Positions 30,406-39,860 of a stretch of 64,000 nucleotides of DNA are shown in pieces. The notes beneath the pieces were generated by a model that ran no database searches, had not been told where the DNA came from, and saw only the letters and a list, made by a program, of their open reading frames with translations. This DNA is from Candidatus Poribacteria bacterium. Lineage in GTDB: Bacteria > Poribacteria > WGA-4E > PCPOR2b. The stretch lies in NCBI GenBank assembly GCA_965215015.1, contig OZ244042.1:256001-320000 (forward strand). Direction: 5' to 3'. The translations under genes and the position numbers were made by a program. Numbering within the stretch: the stretch's first letter is position 1; every line of letters begins with the position of its first letter.

Positions 30406-32208
30406 CTAGTCCGCCGCGATCCGATCTCCATCACTGGTGATTTCCTCAATAAGCGAATGGTAGGTATCGAGGAGACTCGGATCGCAGATGTCACAGATGT
30501 TGCAGCGATAATCGCTATTGACGCTTTCCCCGAAATACCGGCGCACTACCTGACCCCGACACCGATCTGTTCTCGCATAGCGAATCATCTGGTCGAGCTG
30601 ATACCGCTTATTTTGGATATACTGCTTCTCCCCTACCTCGTCCTCGGAGATATTCTTAAACAGTTTGCTCCCGTGATATAATTCAATTAGCACCATATTC
30701 TCTGCACCGGAATATCTTAGATATCCATCATTCTGCAAATCCGTCAACTCATCCATCAATTCGTTTGGATGTAGATTATGCTCTTGGCAGAAATCTATAA
30801 CTTGGATTTTTGACTGATCTCTTAGACTCTCCAGTACCCTCGACTGACCGTTTGAATCTTCGATAAGATTCACGGTTATACTTGATGGGATGTTACACAG
30901 CCTCTGGAGGAAACCGAGTTTTTCGAGATAACTAATCCCCACCCGAATCCTGCTCTCATCAACGTCACTTGCAGACTCCATCTCCTGTACCTTGACCAGA
31001 TGGAACTTGCCGACCGATGGCGAATCCTCGACCAATTTTAGCAACTTTAAGAGGTCTGGTTTGTTCGGGGCGCTTCCCTTCATAAAATATTCCTGCAAAC
31101 GCCGGTCGCCCGAACAGAAGAACAGGATACACTCTGAATCCTTACTGTCCCGTCCCGCACGTCCCGCTTCCTGATAGTAATGTTCGAGTGACCCCGCAAT
31201 AGTCCAATGGATAACATATCGAATATCAGGCTTATCAATCCCCATCCCGAATGCGTTGGTCGCTACAACGATTTCGATCCCAGCTGCTGTATTGTCGAAA
31301 AATGCCTCTTGCACCCCCGTCCGTTCCGATTCCGCCCGAGCTCCATGATAAAAATCGACACGATAGCCTTTCCCCTTGAGATATTCCGCAATCTCCTCAG
31401 TCTGCCGCCGCGTGCCAGCATACACAATTCCCTTCCCAGTGAGCTGTTCCAACTGCTTTGCAAGTAACTGATACTTTTCCGGTTCGCCCGGCACCTCACA
31501 GACACTAAACCTTAGATTGGGACGCTCTACACCCTGGATTAAGATCTCGCACTTCTCAACTTTGAGTTGTTTTACGATGTCCTCCCGCACCTCTGGCGTC
31601 GCGGTCGCTGTGAATAGCGCAACGGAATAGGGTTTTACCGCTTGGACAGCGGTCCGAAGTGCGAGGTAGTCCGGTCGAAAATCGTGACCCCACTGAGAGA
31701 TGCAGTGTGCCTCATCAACCACGAACAGCGAAACCTCGCGGGATTTTAAGCTATTCAGGAACCGACGGCTCCGAAAGCGTTCGGGTGAAACATACAACAG
31801 CTTAATCTCACCGTTCTCTAACCGCGTCAGCTCCTGTTGATATTCTTCAGGGGTCAAGCTACTATTCAGGAAGCCTGCGGAGCCAATTCCCTGTCCTCGC
31901 AAGGCATCCACCTGGTCTTTCATCAACGAGATTAACGGCGAAATAATTATCGTAAGCCATGGTAACATCAGACCCGGCAACTGATAACATATGGATTTCC
32001 CAAAAGCAGTTGGGAAAGCACCGAGTAGGTTCTTGCCCGATAGAAGTTTCTCAATGACCTCACGTTGACCTGCGCGGAAGTCATCATACCCGAAATGCTT
32101 TTTCAACGCTAGGCGTGGGTCTGGCAGGTTGTCTGGAGCATTATTTAGAACCGCGTCGCCTTGATTAAACAAGCTGTCAATTACTTTAGAGATAGCTTTG
32201 ATAATCAA
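30406..32208 (-). CDS. recQ: RecQ-family ATP-dependent DNA helicase (no HRDC)
   Basis: PTAFGKS, DEAHCISQWGHDFRPDY, QEAGRAGRD, C-terminal CR...CNICDIC zinc site. Confidence 0.88.
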   Translation of the reverse strand: MIIKAISKVIDSLFNQGDAVLNNAPDNLPDPRLALKKHFGYDDFRAGQREVIEKLLSGKNLLGAFPTAFGKSICYQLPGLMLPWLTIIISPLISLMKDQVDALRGQGIGSAGFLNSSLTPEEYQQELTRLENGEIKLLYVSPERFRSRRFLNSLKSREVSLFVVDEAHCISQWGHDFRPDYLALRTAVQAVKPYSVALFTATATPEVREDIVKQLKVEKCEILIQGVERPNLRFSVCEVPGEPEKYQLLAKQLEQLTGKGIVYAGTRRQTEEIAEYLKGKGYRVDFYHGARAESERTGVQEAFFDNTAAGIEIVVATNAFGMGIDKPDIRYVIHWTIAGSLEHYYQEAGRAGRDSKDSECILFFCSGDRRLQEYFMKGSAPNKPDLLKLLKLVEDSPSVGKFHLVKVQEMESASDVDESRIRVGISYLEKLGFLQRLCNIPSSITVNLIEDSNGQSRVLESLRDQSKIQVIDFCQEHNLHPNELMDELTDLQNDGYLRYSGAENMVLIELYHGSKLFKNISEDEVGEKQYIQNKRYQLDQMIRYARTDRCRGQVVRRYFGESVNSDYRCNICDICDPSLLDTYHSLIEEITSDGDRIAAD

Positions 32209-32553
32209 TAGGAAACTCCTCTCTTTGGATAAACGGGCGATAAATCACTCAACTACCTCCGGGACGATTAAAATGCCACAAAATCAGTGAAAAATCAACA
32301 CTTTTTTGGCGAAAGAAAATTTGTAACACATCTTAATGAGGAATTGGCATAATATCGTTAGGTGCTTACCATTACTCCCACCTATAGGAGCTACGGACTT
32401 GAGTGTATCGTAACGCCATTCAACCCGCATCACCATAGACCATAAATCGCCCGACAGTACTTTGGGGTTCACTGTCGCCGCCCGATGAATCGCCGAGGAT
32501 ACCATGACTAGAGCACAAGAGTCATGACTCCACCAATCATGAACATTGCACTC

Positions 32554-32919
32554 GTTCGTAGTAGTGCAATTCATTGCACGTGGAGGCAGGTTTGTAGTAG
32601 TGCAATTCATTGCACGTCCAACCACATAAGTACTAAACCACTTCAAACATAACTTCAGTTCGTAGTAGTGCAATTCATTGCACGTGGAGGCAGGTTTGTA
32701 GCAGCGCAATTCATTGCACGTCCAACCACATAAGTACTAACCGAAACATGACTTCAGTTTGTAGTAGTGCAATTTATTGCACGTGGAGGCAGGTTTGTAG
32801 TAGCGCAATTCATTGCATGTCCAACCACATAAGTACTAAACCACTTCAAACATGACTTCAGTTTGTAGTAGTGCAATTCATTGCACGTCCAACCCCATAA
32901 GTACTAAACCACTTCAAAC
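32554..32919 (+). repeat. Tandem array of 7 REP-like palindromes in ~100-bp units
   Basis: GTT(T/C)GTAGTAG(T/C)GCAATTCATTGCACG at ~32554, 32590, 32658, 32694, 32757, 32793, 32861 with two alternating, repeated linkers. Confidence 0.9.
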
Positions 32920-32939
32920 GCTAAAAAAGAGACTAAATT

Positions 32940-32968
32940 TTGACAAATTAAAGTGGGTATGCTATGCT
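32940..32968 (+). promoter_or_regulatory. Putative sigma70 promoter for the PhyH cluster
   Basis: TTGACA-N17-TATGCT with extended TG. Confidence 0.6.
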
Positions 32969-33249
32969 CTTGATGTGATTAACTCAAGCCGCTGCGAGTA
33001 AAGTAGGGAAGAATGAACATTGCATCCAACTCTTAGTGGATTAAGACTCACTCATAACCCCAGCGGGGTGAGATGGTGCTTTGGGTCGAGGTCCAACAGA
33101 TCGAGAAAATTACTGCACGTCGTTCAGCAACCCGAATCTTACGTAAATTTGGTCATTTCTAGTAGGGGTCGAATATGGAAACTCGACCTACGGCTTATCC
33201 AGCAACTTACGTGTGATTAGTATCCTTGTTTCAATATGGAGATCCACCT

Positions 33250-34140
33250 ATGGCAACAGACTCGACTGTAACCGTTGAAGATATTGAAGTATTTGCGGAC
33301 GCCCTAGACCCCCAAGCGGCTGCGGAAACATTTAAGAAGCACGGCGCGCTTGTCGTCCGTGGGCTGATGAAACCCTACATTGATGAAATCCACCGAGACA
33401 TTGAAGCGGCTGCCGCGGAGTCAATCGCTTCATTTGATTGTGCGGAAAAAATTGTGGAGGGGTGGCGAACGCCAAACGGTACACTTTTCCTGCCCGCACC
33501 AGCCGGCTACTCCCGTGATAAACAGATCATGGTCCTAGCAATCAACTACTTTACCAGTGCTGCGTTTTTCCGCTCTGCCCTTGATGAGCGCGCGTTGGAC
33601 ATTGTTGAGGCGATTCTGGGGCAGGCTGTCGAGGTTTACGGCAACGGACAGTGTCTCTATAAAGAGCCGGTCGGAGGACATCCGAAACATCTGCATCAGG
33701 ATTCCGCCTACTTTGAACACCGCTACGAAGGTCCTGTGGGGATTCTGAACTATGTGGTAGATACAGATCTGGTAAATGGAGCACTGCATGTCGTCCCCGG
33801 TTCACACCGCCTTGGTCAACTCAAACATATTGATACCTTTTCGCATCTCGGCTTAGATGATGATGAATGGCCCTGGGAACGAGCACTGCCGATTATTGGT
33901 AAAGCGGGAGACTCCATCTTTTTCCACGTTAAGATGATTCACGGCTCTAAGCAGAATCACTCGGACAAGCCGCGTCCGGTGTTTATTAACCGTTACCGAC
34001 GGGTGGACGATTACGTTGTTATTGGTGGAACCACCACCGCAAATCGTGCAGAAGCGGAGAAACGCGCTGCCGAGGCGAAGAAAACAAATGAACAACGTGG
34101 GCTGATGGTTCGCGGTTTCCGCCCCTACACCGAAGGGTAA
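33250..34140 (+). CDS. PhyH-family dioxygenase
   Basis: LHQD, NGALHVVPGSH, MIHGS; GGAGA RBS. Confidence 0.9.
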   Translation: MATDSTVTVEDIEVFADALDPQAAAETFKKHGALVVRGLMKPYIDEIHRDIEAAAAESIASFDCAEKIVEGWRTPNGTLFLPAPAGYSRDKQIMVLAINYFTSAAFFRSALDERALDIVEAILGQAVEVYGNGQCLYKEPVGGHPKHLHQDSAYFEHRYEGPVGILNYVVDTDLVNGALHVVPGSHRLGQLKHIDTFSHLGLDDDEWPWERALPIIGKAGDSIFFHVKMIHGSKQNHSDKPRPVFINRYRRVDDYVVIGGTTTANRAEAEKRAAEAKKTNEQRGLMVRGFRPYTEG

Positions 34141-34161
34141 AAAGATCTCTAGAAGTAAAAA

Positions 34162-35028
34162 ATGAAATCAATCGGCTTCGTACAGAAAAAAGCTGCCCCT
34201 GTCGTCGAGAGTCTTGCAAGACTGGAAGGCGTGCAGGCAATCTTGTGCTTCGGTTCCTATGCGATGGGTACGTTTGATGAATACTCAGATCTGGACCTTT
34301 TCGTGTTCTGCGAACCTGAGGTTGTTTCGGTATCGGAGAGGCGGCGAATCTTAGAGAGTGCCCAAGGTGTGACCCACTTTGAGGAGACCGACACCGCCGC
34401 GGGGTGGGATTCCCAGTGGTCCCCACAAGGCGACTCTCTCTGCGTGAACGGGGAGTTGTTTGAGATTTCGTACAACACAACAGACTGGATTAGAACCGTT
34501 GTCAGGCAAGTTACACAGGAGGGTGTGACATCTATTCCTGAACAAAAGTTCCGTCCCTATACGATGCTTGGGCTTTTGGAAAATGGAATCATTCTGTACG
34601 ATCCCGATTCATTATTGGGACATCTTATCGATTGTCTCTATCCTTATCCGATCCAGCTCAAGCAGCGGTTGATTTCAGATAGCCTGCCCACTCTGAAAGA
34701 TTGCATCGCAGAACTTAAAGACGGGGTCAAGAGAGGCTTGGGGCTTACATTTTTCCATTTCTTTTTTCACAGAATGTGTGATGCACTTCACACCCTTCTG
34801 TACGCCATAAATAAAAAATATGATCCAGCGGTCAAACGGCCTGAGGTGGAATACGAAAAGCTGAGTGTATTACCTCCCAATTTTCTTGAGAGATACGCCA
34901 AACTCCTTGAGGGGCCCTTCGATATGAACGGGAGGCGGCGAGCCATTGGTGAGCTAGAAACCCTCGTCACCGAGATTGAGATGCTGATTACTGAATCACA
35001 TGGAGGAAAGAACTATGGCAATGACTGA
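34162..35028 (+). CDS. Pol-beta-fold nucleotidyltransferase (DUF4037-like)
   Basis: FGSYAMGTFDEYSDLDL motif. Confidence 0.8.
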   Translation: MKSIGFVQKKAAPVVESLARLEGVQAILCFGSYAMGTFDEYSDLDLFVFCEPEVVSVSERRRILESAQGVTHFEETDTAAGWDSQWSPQGDSLCVNGELFEISYNTTDWIRTVVRQVTQEGVTSIPEQKFRPYTMLGLLENGIILYDPDSLLGHLIDCLYPYPIQLKQRLISDSLPTLKDCIAELKDGVKRGLGLTFFHFFFHRMCDALHTLLYAINKKYDPAVKRPEVEYEKLSVLPPNFLERYAKLLEGPFDMNGRRRAIGELETLVTEIEMLITESHGGKNYGND

Positions 35029-35821
35029 GGAGGAACGTTTCCGTTTTGACTTAACCGGTTTTCTGGTACGTCCGGCTATCCTTACGCCAGAGGAGATTAC
35101 TGCGATTAAAGATCAGATATACCATATCAGGCACGATCTGGAATCTTTGCCGCCAGAACATCGCGCTGTACCGAGCGGGCCGTCGGGTGTGCTGATTGAT
35201 CATCCGAAGGTGATTGAAGTGCTGCACGAAATTATCGGACCCGATATTCGACTTGAGAATAGCTACTGTGTCTGGCGCCGGAAGGGGGAAGCGCACGGAG
35301 ACCTTCACGGTGGTGGCCCCCAACAGGCGGATCCCATCTTCGGTTATCGTGTTCGGAACGGACGGATTCACGCGGGGATGGTGCGTGTTGTCTTTGAGCT
35401 GACCGATGTCGGCAAGGAGGATGGCGGGACACATTTCATTGTCGGCAGCCACAAGGCGAATTTTCCGATGCACCCAGATCACCTATCGTTGGAGCCGGGA
35501 AAGCGGAGCCCGTTTTTGATGAGCTATGATTGCCCAGCCGGTAGTGCCGTCTTTTTCACAGAAAACGTCTGTCACGCCGGACCCGTGTGGCAACGGGCAG
35601 AACCGCGCGTCGCCGTGCTCAACGCCTACGCGCATCTTGCAACCCATTGGCATCGGTTGACCATTCCACCTGAAGTGATAGCCGGACTGCCACGAGAAAA
35701 GCAAGCATATTTCCGTGAGCCGTGGATTGCTGATTTCCGGACCCGCCCGGCGACTCACAATACAATGGAACGTTTTCTTAATAATGATGAGCCATCGGTG
35801 AATACCGATCGCCGTCCCTGA
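35015..35821 (+). CDS. PhyH-family Fe/2OG enzyme with H-x-G motif, paralog 1
   Basis: DLHGGG, GGTHFIVGSHK, ENVCHAG; GGAGG RBS. Confidence 0.88.
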   Translation: MAMTEEERFRFDLTGFLVRPAILTPEEITAIKDQIYHIRHDLESLPPEHRAVPSGPSGVLIDHPKVIEVLHEIIGPDIRLENSYCVWRRKGEAHGDLHGGGPQQADPIFGYRVRNGRIHAGMVRVVFELTDVGKEDGGTHFIVGSHKANFPMHPDHLSLEPGKRSPFLMSYDCPAGSAVFFTENVCHAGPVWQRAEPRVAVLNAYAHLATHWHRLTIPPEVIAGLPREKQAYFREPWIADFRTRPATHNTMERFLNNDEPSVNTDRRP

Positions 35822-35844
35822 ACCCGACAGATGGAGGAAGCAAT

Positions 35845-36651
35845 ATGGCAATGACCGAAGAGGAACGTTTCCGATTTGATTTAGCCGGTTTTTTAGTCCG
35901 TCCAGCGATTTTGACGCCCGATGAGGTTGCTGCAATTGTTGACCAAGCCGACCGGATTCGGCACAATCCTAAGTCCCTGCCCCCGGAGCATCGGTCAATT
36001 CCGGGGGGAGCGGCAAGTCTGCTAATCAATCACCCAAAGGTGATTGAAGTGTTGCACGAAATTATCGGACCCGATGTTCGACTGGAGGCTTGTGGATTGA
36101 CTTGGCGACTGAAAGGGGAGGCGCACGGCGAGCTGCACGGTGGTGGCCCCCAACAGGCGGATCCCATCTTCGGCTATCGTGTCCAGAACGGACGGATCCA
36201 GGCGGGGATGGTACGGGTCGTTTTTGAACTGACCGATGTGAAGAAGGAGGACGGGGCAACCTGCTTTATTGTCGGCAGCCACAAGGCAAACTTCCCAATG
36301 CACCCAGATCACATGTCGTGGGAAGATGGGAAAGAGAGCGAGTTTTTGGTGCGTTATGAATGCCCGGCGGGCAGTGCCATCTTTTTTACAGAAAACCTCT
36401 GTCATGCCGGACCTATCTGGAAACGAGATACGCCGCGTATCGCCATTCTTCACGCTTATGCACATCTTGCCACCCACTGGCATCGCCTCAAGATTCCACC
36501 CGAAGTGATGGCGGGCTTACCGCGTGAAAAGCAAGCATATTTCCGTGAACCATGGGTTGCCGACTTCCGAACCGCTCCCGCAACCATCAACACAATTGAA
36601 CGTTTTATGGATAACGATGAACCGCCGGTAAATACAGACCATCAACCCTGA
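35845..36651 (+). CDS. PhyH-family Fe/2OG enzyme with H-x-G motif, paralog 2
   Basis: Highly similar tandem duplicate; ELHGGG, ENLCHAG. Confidence 0.88.
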   Translation: MAMTEEERFRFDLAGFLVRPAILTPDEVAAIVDQADRIRHNPKSLPPEHRSIPGGAASLLINHPKVIEVLHEIIGPDVRLEACGLTWRLKGEAHGELHGGGPQQADPIFGYRVQNGRIQAGMVRVVFELTDVKKEDGATCFIVGSHKANFPMHPDHMSWEDGKESEFLVRYECPAGSAIFFTENLCHAGPIWKRDTPRIAILHAYAHLATHWHRLKIPPEVMAGLPREKQAYFREPWVADFRTAPATINTIERFMDNDEPPVNTDHQP

Positions 36652-36695
36652 AGTGAAACGAAATGATGTATGAAACGTAATACAAGGAGATATTG

Positions 36696-37433
36696 ATGCT
36701 TACTGATGCAGAAAAAGCCCACCTTGATGAACACGGCTTTGTACTTTTGAAAAATGCTATCACAACCGATCACGCGGACGCACTCCGTGAGCGATCGCTG
36801 ACACTCGCTGAGCAGGAGCGAGAGGTCTTAAAAGAGCATGTGTATCTGGATGACAAGGGGCAACGGGTGTGGAATCTGGTGGACAAAGGCGAGTTGTTTG
36901 AAAGCGCAATTCAATACCCTCGCGTACTCAACGCAATAGAGTATCTGCTCGGTGAGGACTGTACGCTCAGTTCCTTTACTGTGAACATTATCGGCCCCGG
37001 TGCGCCGGAGGGCGGGCTTCACATTGACCATCCCTTGAGTGGGATGCCGACGCCTCGTCCAAGCTTTGCCCTGTCTGCTAATAGTGTTTGGTTTCTCGAT
37101 GATTTTACACTTGAGAACGGTGCGACCCGTTGTGTCCCCGGGAGTCACCGCCGACTGGAATCCCGGCCCGAACCGGGCGTTAGTTACAACGACGCAGTGC
37201 AGATCACCGGTCCGAAGGGTTCTGTGATGATTATCAACGGGTCCCTGTGGCACGCCTCATCTACGAACCATACCGATCGCGCTCGTGTTTGTCTGCTCGG
37301 TTTCTTCTGTCGTGCTTTTATGAAGCCACAACAAGATCAGCAGAAAATCGTTTCTGAAGAAGTTATTGCGCGTGCGACGCCAACGTTGAAGCGACTGCTC
37401 GGCTTTGATTCCATGCCGAATACCAACGCGTAA
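36696..37433 (+). CDS. PhyH-family dioxygenase
   Basis: LHID, ENGATRCVPGSH, SLWHAS; AAGGAGA RBS. Confidence 0.9.
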   Translation: MLTDAEKAHLDEHGFVLLKNAITTDHADALRERSLTLAEQEREVLKEHVYLDDKGQRVWNLVDKGELFESAIQYPRVLNAIEYLLGEDCTLSSFTVNIIGPGAPEGGLHIDHPLSGMPTPRPSFALSANSVWFLDDFTLENGATRCVPGSHRRLESRPEPGVSYNDAVQITGPKGSVMIINGSLWHASSTNHTDRARVCLLGFFCRAFMKPQQDQQKIVSEEVIARATPTLKRLLGFDSMPNTNA

Positions 37434-37455
37434 ACCCGACGGGATAGATTTTGAT

Positions 37456-37919
37456 ATGAACATCAAAAGCGGAGATATTATACAATCCAATCGCTGGCCC
37501 GAACCTGTAGAAATTGAACTCGTGGAAGAGATGGAAGAGGTGGAGGGATACGTCCGTCTCGTTGGCTATCGTCATCAATTGCCTTTTCTGGATCTGAAGC
37601 GATTCTCCGAGAGGACCTCTGTATTGCCCAGAGTGGAATGAACCTAAAAGACCCACCGGAATCTATCCCTCCACCGGAGCCTATCCCTTCAACGAAGCCT
37701 CCCAAACCATCGCTAGACGGACGCGACAGTGTTCGACTGAAGTTCACAGTTCCGAAAGGGAAGGTGTCGGGCCTCCTGGGTATGATGAGTTTGCTGCAAT
37801 CGAATTTCAATAACCTTCAAATTGAGTTACTGGCGACAGAGGGGCAGATGTCTAATCAGGATTACGAAGATAAAATCAAAGAGACATTTGTGCAATTAGA
37901 GATTAATCCGGAGGAATAA
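37456..37919 (+). pseudogene. Fused remnants: SNF2-type helicase N-terminus plus DUF499 ATPase C-terminus
   Basis: MNIKSGDIIQSNRWPEPVEIELVEE, then another frame ending VRLKFTVPKGKVS...DYEDKIKETFVQL; family assignment recalled, not searched. Confidence 0.55.
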
Positions 37920-37972
37920 AACTTTAGAGGTCTATTTCCGAGAGCAGATTCGGAAAAAACAAGAAGGAAACG

Positions 37973-38371
37973 ATGATGCCAACCGCTTTTGAAGCAATTG
38001 ACAGATGGATTGACGAGGCACGCGCCAAACTAAAAGATGGAGGGCTTCAGCAGGGAGATCTGGATCAACTCCGCTGTATTATCAGCGCAAATCGGGTGCA
38101 CACACGACAACGGCTGCTCTATCTCCATGCGGCGACACCGAGCATCCGCTCTCAGGTCATCGGGATGGCGTTGCACGAACCTGTGCAGGGATTGGTGACG
38201 GAGATTGTAACAGAGGAGCAGGAGTGGCCCTACGATACGGTACACGACGCAATTCTGGACGGTTGGCAGGTCATCCACTTTCCGGATCAGCGAACAGAAT
38301 TTGATGACCGAGAAATTGACATCTTGGGCTACGAATTTATCCTACAAAAATTGGAGGTTTACAATGGCTGA
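37973..38371 (+). CDS. Hypothetical protein
   Basis: AAGGA RBS; overlaps the start of the downstream PhyH gene (translational coupling). Confidence 0.75.
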   Translation: MMPTAFEAIDRWIDEARAKLKDGGLQQGDLDQLRCIISANRVHTRQRLLYLHAATPSIRSQVIGMALHEPVQGLVTEIVTEEQEWPYDTVHDAILDGWQVIHFPDQRTEFDDREIDILGYEFILQKLEVYNG

Positions 38372-39122
38372 CAAACCGTATCTATTGAGCGACGACGAAA
38401 TCATCTCTTTTATCATTCACGGTTCCCACATTGTTGAGCCTGATTTCCCCGAAGGCTTCAATGAATCGATTTACGCTGAGCTTGAGGCCTTGGATATTCA
38501 ACGAAACAATCCGGGCGATGGGATTTTGGACAAAGTTCCGAAACTTTATCAGGTATACGACCATCCCAAAGTACGCGGCGCATTGGTGAGTCTGCTCGGT
38601 GAAGATGTCCAGATGAACGGTCATCGACACTGTCACGTGAATCCGCCCGGCACGCGAAGTCAGTCATGGCATCAAGATGGCACTAACAAGCGGCATCATC
38701 ACATCCAAACTGTCTTGGCGATGTACTATCCCCAAGATGTGCCCGCAGAACTCGGACCGACGGTGATTATGCCCGGCACACACTTCCGCAATACCCCGAC
38801 CGATCGCATGGCGACCTATGCCAACTTCCGTGAGCAGGTACCCCTCACCGTCAAGGCAGGGACGGTGGCGATCACGCACTACGACATCTGGCACGCCGCA
38901 GCCGCGAATCGTGGGACGAAAACACGCTACATGCTTAAGTTCCTCTTTAGCCGTGGCAGCGAACCGAAATCGCCAAGTTGGAACCACCATCCGGAGGAGG
39001 CTGCCGCCTCGATGCGTCGCTTTACCTTTGAGCGGGCATGTGCCTGTTCCCAATCGGATCATTACAAGGAACGCGGGTTGCGTATGGAAATGTGGGAGCA
39101 TCTTGTTGGAAAAACGGCATGA
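38364..39122 (+). CDS. PhyH-family dioxygenase
   Basis: WHQD, GPTVIMPGTH, DIWHA; GGAGG RBS. Confidence 0.9.
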   Translation: MADKPYLLSDDEIISFIIHGSHIVEPDFPEGFNESIYAELEALDIQRNNPGDGILDKVPKLYQVYDHPKVRGALVSLLGEDVQMNGHRHCHVNPPGTRSQSWHQDGTNKRHHHIQTVLAMYYPQDVPAELGPTVIMPGTHFRNTPTDRMATYANFREQVPLTVKAGTVAITHYDIWHAAAANRGTKTRYMLKFLFSRGSEPKSPSWNHHPEEAAASMRRFTFERACACSQSDHYKERGLRMEMWEHLVGKTA

Positions 39123-39229
39123 TAACCACATGATAACCAATGGTTTTAATTTGCAAGCTGCTGATACGCTCTCCGGTCAAAGACAGAGAGTGAAACGTGA
39201 AACCGAATCGTCTCGTTTTCTCATTATGG

Positions 39230-39551
39230 CTCAATGAACTAGTGAAGCAATGAACTCCTGAACATCGCCGAGGCGGTGTTGTTTGCTGATGAGTTGTCGC
39301 AACCGAAAATCCAAGTGCTCGTTGACTTTTATCACCAGATGCTTAAGGGAGAGGTTTGATGAGATCGGCCGCACGGGAGATCGAATTGCACACCGGGCAG
39401 CGGCAAATACGATTATCAGCGTTTTGCCAGAAGCCTTGCTGATGCTGGACACAATCAGCGGGGCTCTGTGGAGTGCAATTTTAGGGATTTCGATAAGGAA
39501 GTATCTCAATCAATTCAGTTTCTGCACGAGGTATTCAACGCAGAGCAGTAA
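39230..39551 (+). pseudogene. Frameshifted remnant of a sugar-phosphate isomerase/epimerase (xylose-isomerase-like TIM barrel)
   Basis: Pieces in different frames: LLNIAEAV...VLVDFYHQM; FDEIGRTGDRIAH; PGSGKYDY...SVECNFRDF...FLHEVF*. Confidence 0.6.
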
Positions 39552-39615
39552 GACATTTCAGGGCTCATAGAGGCTTGAACTTACCTTTAAGCCTTGATAC
39601 AAAGGGATATTTTAC

Positions 39616-39644
39616 TTGACACGCTTATAGTCCAATGCTATAAT
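39616..39644 (+). promoter_or_regulatory. Consensus sigma70 promoter of the proteasome operon
   Basis: Perfect TTGACA-N17-TATAAT with extended TG. Confidence 0.8.
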
Positions 39645-39860
39645 CTACCCTATTCTTGAGCAGTATGGTGACGCCCGGGAGTCAGATTGCGATAGAAATT
39701 GATCGAATCTGCCCCCGGATGAATTTTCGGTTACAGATTCAAATCTTAGCAGCAAAATCCTTTGGGAGATAATAAGACGAGATGGTGCTCTACTCCCCGC
39801 CAGTATCGTGATAGAACCCATCCCGTAATTCTAAAAGATAGATACCGAGGTAAGGTTACT

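Noticed and set aside
32284-32709. 141-aa ORF with RAMNCTT repeats
   Set aside because: Translation of the REP array.
32554-32919. Possible CRISPR array
   Set aside because: The linkers are themselves repeated (two alternating types), the repeat occurs singly elsewhere, and there are no cas genes.
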